Program-made: the position numbers and the translations under genes
Notes under the pieces: generated by a model
Database searches by the model: none
Told to the model about the DNA's origin: nothing
What the model saw: only the letters and a program-made list of their open reading frames with translations
Part shown: in pieces, positions 57,960-64,000 of the stretch
Numbering within the stretch: the stretch's first letter is position 1
How the letters are laid out: each line of letters begins with the position of its first letter
Assembly (NCBI RefSeq): GCF_009931435.1
Contig: NZ_CP043414.1
Reading direction: 5' to 3' (one strand)
DNA length: 64,000 bases
Source: Escherichia coli
GTDB taxonomy: Bacteria > Pseudomonadota > Gammaproteobacteria > Enterobacterales > Enterobacteriaceae

Positions 57960-60900
57960 TTAATTACTCCCTTGCCTGATAATTGTAACTCCATTCCCTT
58001 TAGCTTTGGGATTATATTTTAGATAGGTGTTATTTGGTGTTCCCAAGTAACTACTGTATTCTTTTTTTCCCATTCCATTCATATAAGAATTCGTTAAATC
58101 TTTGCTTGAAAAATTTAGACTATCATAAACATCATTTTCTTTTGTTACTTTATTTCCTTTATCGTCAGAGTAAAAACCGTGAGTGTGATAATCGCCTACT
58201 CTCTCTGAACCTTCAGGGCATTTTATATTTCGCAAGTCTACACTATCATTATCATTTGAACTTATCGGATTCATGGGGAAATATTCACCTTGCTTCTTAC
58301 ATATTAGTCCACCATATTCTTTATTCTCGTTAATTGATTCTCCATTACACATTGCCAATGCAAATATTCCAATATCATCTATATTTTTTGATTTAAATTC
58401 ATATAATCCTAATGGATCCATGCCATTCACCGGGCTCAGCGGATATGTATACAGGTTCCATCCCCCCTTCAGCCCAATCGGATCCTGAGTGATATACCGC
58501 CCCTGCAGCGGGTCATAATAGCGGTGGCGGTTGTAATACAGGCCGGACTCCTCATCATACTGCTGACCCGGCAGGCGGATGAGCTGCTGCAGCTGGTGCG
58601 GGTTCTCTTCATTCAGCAGGTTGCCCCATTCATCGTATTCTGCGCACCATTCTGTTGCCCCTTCCGTGCTGATAAGCACCAGCGGCAGGCCGCGATGGTC
58701 GCAGTGGTACAGGTGGATTTTTCGCGCCGGCGTGTACACCGGTTCCATCTGGTTTTGCATCTGCGCCACCGTCAGGCCGCACGATGCCAGCCAGCGGCGG
58801 CTTTCCTCACTCACCCGGTCAGCCAGGATTTCACTTTCCAGCCGGTCGAGCATCTGCACCAGCACCGGCGGGAACACCACACTGCCACCGTCTTCGCCGC
58901 CGGACTGCTGAAGCGCATCCGCCAGGCTGCGGCGCTGCGTTTTCGCCAGCTCACCGGTGGCGGTTTCGACCCTGATGAGTGGCGTGAAGCTCCCCGGCTG
59001 ATAAACCGTCTGGATGCGGGTTCTGTCGTTCTGTATCGTGGTCAGCCGGTCGCCGTCCCAGCCGTACCAGGTCACTTCCGGTTTCCGTGACAGCGACATC
59101 CAGCCCGTCAGGTCCCGTTCACGCCGCCACACCCGTTTTGCCACCCTGCGGCCCAGCGGGTCGTAAAGATAGCGACTTTCGACCAGCGGCTCTGCATATT
59201 GTGTCCGCGTGTAGTGCACCAGCCGGTGCCGGCTGTCGTAATGGTACCGGTGAGTCCGCTCATCATCCGTGCGGATAACCCCTTCCGGGATGAGGTCGGT
59301 TTTCTCTGTCAGCCTGCCGTGACGGTCATACCGGTAAAGATAGTGCGCGTCACGGGCGATACGGTTATCCGGCCACATGCTGAGGGTGCTGTCCGGGTGC
59401 AGCTCCGGGTCGGGCAGGCGGTTACCTGCCGGGTCCGTGGCATACGGGATGCGGATATCCAGATTCGCTGCGGTGGTGTGAACGCCGGTCAGCCTGCCGG
59501 TGGTGCTGTAGCTGTAACTCCGGGTCTGGCGCGGGCTGCTGATGCGAATGAGTTCGCCGTTGTCGTTCCAGGTGTAATCGCGGTCATACTGCAGGCTGTT
59601 CAGGTGCTGGCTCTGTAACTGCCCGGCAGGGGTGTAAGCGGTGGTGAGTTCATAACGGCCGAAGCTGCGCAGCGTTTCCCGGTGCAGGCGGTCGCGGGTG
59701 AAATCCACCAGCGGTGTGTCGCCGAGTTTCATCCCTGCCAGGTAACCACTGCCATAAGTCAGCCATTCCACGGCGGGCAGGCTGTCCGGTATACAGCGGT
59801 TCGCCAGCCCCTGCGCGTTGTACGCATGTCTGGTTTCATGCTGCCAGAGCAGTGCTTCCGTCTGCGGGTGATGCACCGTCTGGCGCTCACCGGTCAGGCG
59901 GCCTTTCTCATCATACCCGTAATGCACCGTCACCCGGTGCCCTTCGCTGAGATGGCTGATGCCTGTCAGCCAGCCGCGTTCGTCGTACCGCCACTGTTCT
60001 GCGGTTTCACCATTCACCGTTCGCTGCGTGATGCGGTCTGCTTCGTCATAGTGCCAGTGGGTGACCAGTCCCTCATCCTCGCTGCGGATAAGTTTGCCGG
60101 TCAGGTCGTGGTGATAACGCTGTGTGCGGCCGTCAAAGCCGGTTTCCTGTATCAGCCGGTCGAGTACATCGTAACGGAAGGTGGTGTGGCTGCCGTTTTC
60201 GTTTGTCAGGCGGATGACCCGTCCTGCAGCATCGTATTCCATACTGCGGGTCAGCCCGCCCTGCGTGGTACGGACGGCCTTTCCCCACGCATCGTACTGT
60301 GCCCCGTATCTGCTGCCGTCCGGGGCAATGACGGTGGTCAGGTCACCGGCGGCGTTGTATTCATACCGCGTTTCATGGCCCTGCGTGTCTTTCACCGCAA
60401 TTAACTGTCCATGGCTGTCGTATGCGCGGCACTGGCTCAGGCCTTCCTCGCGGTGCACCGCCGTCATCTGCCCGAAGCGGTCATGGTCATAACGGGTCTG
60501 GTAGCCGGAACAGTCGGTGAAGGTCAGCAACTGACCGTAACGGCTCCACGTCATGGTTTTCCGGCTGCCGGTGGCATCTTCCGTTGCGCAGGGGAAGTCA
60601 CTGTGTGGATTATCATAACGGTAGCGGATGATATCGCCGTCAGGGGCAGTTTCCTGAATCAGACGGCCGGATTCATCATATTCCCGGCGTATTTCCAGCC
60701 CGTCAGGCCCGGTGGCTGACGTTAACTGGTTGTGGTGGTTATAGTAAAACGCCGATGCCCTGCCATCCGGCGTGGTGATGCGCGTGATGAGTCCCGTCAC
60801 CACATCCGGGCTGTATTCTGTTGTCCGGCCTGCGGCATCCGTCTGTGTCCTGAGCCTGCCCACCGCGTCAAACTGACTCTGCGTGACGCTGCCGTCCGCG

Positions 60901-62144
60901 TGTTCCTTTTTCACCACCCGCTTCAGCCCGCCTTCGCCTGCGGTATGCAGGACTTCATGGCGGTCCAGGCTGTCGGTGATGGTGATGCGGTCTTTCTCAT
61001 ACTGATACGTGTAGCTTAAGCCTGCCGGGTTTAGCTGTTCTGTCACCCGCCCGTCGCTGTCGTAACGGTAACGGATTTCCGGCCGGCCCGTGTGACGGTG
61101 CGCCACCATCCGGCCCCGGTATTTATCATCGTAAGTAAAGCTGCGCACCTGTGTATTGCTGCGGTCATACACCGCCGCCAGTTCGCCGCGCGGCGTCCAG
61201 CCATAGCGCACCAGCGGCGTGGCTGGCAGGTTGTCCGGGTATTCCGGGTCGTGCGTCAGCCACACGGCAGACAGACGGATACCGTTGTCCCGGCCATATT
61301 CCGTGTAGTCCGGCAGGGTATCAGGAAAAGCGGACTGTTCCGCCCCGCCGGAAGAGGCCTGCTGCCGGGCCTCTTCTGCCCGCTGCGCCTGCGTGGTCAG
61401 TGCCAGCCGGAAGTGACGCCCGGCACCATCCGTCACGCCGGTGATTTCGCCGCTGAATTCACCGGCGGCTTCGCGGTGAAACGTCTGTGTGCGCCCGAAG
61501 CGGTCCACCAGCCCGGTCAGTACCCGGTACGGCGGCAGCGGCGCGGGCAGCACCTCATCCGCCTCCGGCACCCGCTCACACCAGCCGAGTACCCACCACG
61601 GCCCCTGCGGACTGTTCGTCGCCAGATAACGATGCGGACTCAGGCGAAGCTCTTCCGGCAGCGCCTGCCAGAGTGCGGCCAGCCGGTGACCTTCATCCAG
61701 TCTCAGGACGCCGCCGCGCACCAGCCAGAGTGACTCGCTGCGGCTGTAACCGTCCTCACCGGGAAACAGGTGCTCAAAATACAGGCTTCTGCCGCCGTTA
61801 TCACTGAGTATCAGTGTGTTATCGCGCAGCTGTAAGCGGATATCCGCAGGCATTTTCCAGCCGGGGCCGAGAATACCCACCGGCGCGGGCGTTTTTGTCC
61901 GGTAACTGCTGTACGTGCGGGAGAGGATGAACGGCAGCGGTCCGGGCAGGGCAATGTCTGTCTCGCCGGGAAGGACCTTTGCACCGAGCAGGGGATTGAC
62001 CGGATGGCCGGACGTCACCCCGCCGGGGCACACCGAACAGGCCACGCCGGTGGGGGCACCAATACGTACCCCGGCTGAACCCTGAACAATGCTACCGCCA
62101 TACTGCGTCATGTCGCCCTGACGCGCCGCCGGTTTTCCGCTCAT
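57960..62144 (-). CDS. Rhs-family polymorphic toxin: PAAR-like N-terminus, YD-repeat core, variable C-terminal toxin tip
   Basis: 1394-aa ORF starting [42 protein letters not shown] (as in E. coli RhsA-type proteins), long YD-repeat region, core ending ...[10 protein letters not shown], then about 147 aa of unrelated AT-rich-encoded sequence. Confidence 0.93.
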   Translation of the reverse strand: MSGKPAARQGDMTQYGGSIVQGSAGVRIGAPTGVACSVCPGGVTSGHPVNPLLGAKVLPGETDIALPGPLPFILSRTYSSYRTKTPAPVGILGPGWKMPADIRLQLRDNTLILSDNGGRSLYFEHLFPGEDGYSRSESLWLVRGGVLRLDEGHRLAALWQALPEELRLSPHRYLATNSPQGPWWVLGWCERVPEADEVLPAPLPPYRVLTGLVDRFGRTQTFHREAAGEFSGEITGVTDGAGRHFRLALTTQAQRAEEARQQASSGGAEQSAFPDTLPDYTEYGRDNGIRLSAVWLTHDPEYPDNLPATPLVRYGWTPRGELAAVYDRSNTQVRSFTYDDKYRGRMVAHRHTGRPEIRYRYDSDGRVTEQLNPAGLSYTYQYEKDRITITDSLDRHEVLHTAGEGGLKRVVKKEHADGSVTQSQFDAVGRLRTQTDAAGRTTEYSPDVVTGLITRITTPDGRASAFYYNHHNQLTSATGPDGLEIRREYDESGRLIQETAPDGDIIRYRYDNPHSDFPCATEDATGSRKTMTWSRYGQLLTFTDCSGYQTRYDHDRFGQMTAVHREEGLSQCRAYDSHGQLIAVKDTQGHETRYEYNAAGDLTTVIAPDGSRYGAQYDAWGKAVRTTQGGLTRSMEYDAAGRVIRLTNENGSHTTFRYDVLDRLIQETGFDGRTQRYHHDLTGKLIRSEDEGLVTHWHYDEADRITQRTVNGETAEQWRYDERGWLTGISHLSEGHRVTVHYGYDEKGRLTGERQTVHHPQTEALLWQHETRHAYNAQGLANRCIPDSLPAVEWLTYGSGYLAGMKLGDTPLVDFTRDRLHRETLRSFGRYELTTAYTPAGQLQSQHLNSLQYDRDYTWNDNGELIRISSPRQTRSYSYSTTGRLTGVHTTAANLDIRIPYATDPAGNRLPDPELHPDSTLSMWPDNRIARDAHYLYRYDRHGRLTEKTDLIPEGVIRTDDERTHRYHYDSRHRLVHYTRTQYAEPLVESRYLYDPLGRRVAKRVWRRERDLTGWMSLSRKPEVTWYGWDGDRLTTIQNDRTRIQTVYQPGSFTPLIRVETATGELAKTQRRSLADALQQSGGEDGGSVVFPPVLVQMLDRLESEILADRVSEESRRWLASCGLTVAQMQNQMEPVYTPARKIHLYHCDHRGLPLVLISTEGATEWCAEYDEWGNLLNEENPHQLQQLIRLPGQQYDEESGLYYNRHRYYDPLQGRYITQDPIGLKGGWNLYTYPLSPVNGMDPLGLYEFKSKNIDDIGIFALAMCNGESINENKEYGGLICKKQGEYFPMNPISSNDNDSVDLRNIKCPEGSERVGDYHTHGFYSDDKGNKVTKENDVYDSLNFSSKDLTNSYMNGMGKKEYSSYLGTPNNTYLKYNPKAKGNGVTIIRQGSN

Positions 62145-62261
62145 CGTAAAATCCTTTTAAAATAAATAAGAACCAGAAGCCTAGCGCCAGTCAACAACAG
62201 GAAATGATAATGAGTTAACACCCCGGAATTTTTCAGAATTTATAAAAGGCAAATTACAGGC

Positions 62262-62292
62262 ACAAAAAAAGCGCCGTGCGGCGCTTTTTTCG
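62262..62292 (-). terminator. rpmE rho-independent terminator
   Basis: Minus-strand reading gives gcgccgcacggcgc hairpin followed by a T-run, just after the rpmE stop. Confidence 0.6.
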
Positions 62293-62303
62293 GAAATCCG
62301 GTC

Positions 62304-62555
<252 letters not shown>

Positions 62556-62559
62556 CTAA

Positions 62560-64000
<1,441 letters not shown>

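Noticed and set aside
58524-61807. Multiple long plus-strand ORFs (for example 59682..60404, 61092..61733, 58524..59090) inside the rhs region
   Set aside because: They lie antisense to the GC-rich Rhs YD-repeat core, where stop codons are rare in all frames; their products are Arg/Pro/Ala-rich low-complexity sequence with no protein-like pattern.

Overview
This window reads as an Escherichia coli-type chromosomal segment that matches, from memory of the K-12 gene order and in inverted orientation, the contiguous btuB-trmA-yijD-fabR-sthA-oxyR-oxyS-argHBC/argE-ppc-eptC-yijO-frw/pfl-ptsA-fsaB-gldA-yijF-yijE-katG-metF-metLB/metJ-yiiX-rpmE-priA block. Against that backbone, three blocks are absent from the K-12 order as I recall it. 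(1) About 12 kb between the oxyS terminator and argH: a higher-GC MFS transporter plus enolase-superfamily (RspA/ManD-like) dehydratase module, and an AT-rich ABC-transporter operon with LyxK-like kinase, SgbU/UlaE-like 3-epimerase, DeoR regulator and a divergent AraD/SgbE-like 4-epimerase; the two modules are separated by a degenerate second copy of the oxyS 3' half. (2) About 7.6 kb between the metF promoter and metL: three paralogous UshA-like periplasmic 5'-nucleotidases, a Tsx-family outer-membrane channel and a cysteine-cluster protein of unknown function. (3) About 6.3 kb between yiiX and rpmE: a PAAR-Rhs gene whose roughly 147-aa C-terminal tip is encoded by abruptly AT-rich DNA and is followed by an overlapping small candidate immunity gene, plus a frameshifted H-repeat (ISAs1-family) transposase and an IS1-family end fragment. 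The Rhs tip/immunity pair and the nucleotidase-Tsx island are the strongest candidates for something undescribed. All calls rest on reading the supplied translations and DNA by eye; no searches or computations were run, and GC statements are qualitative.
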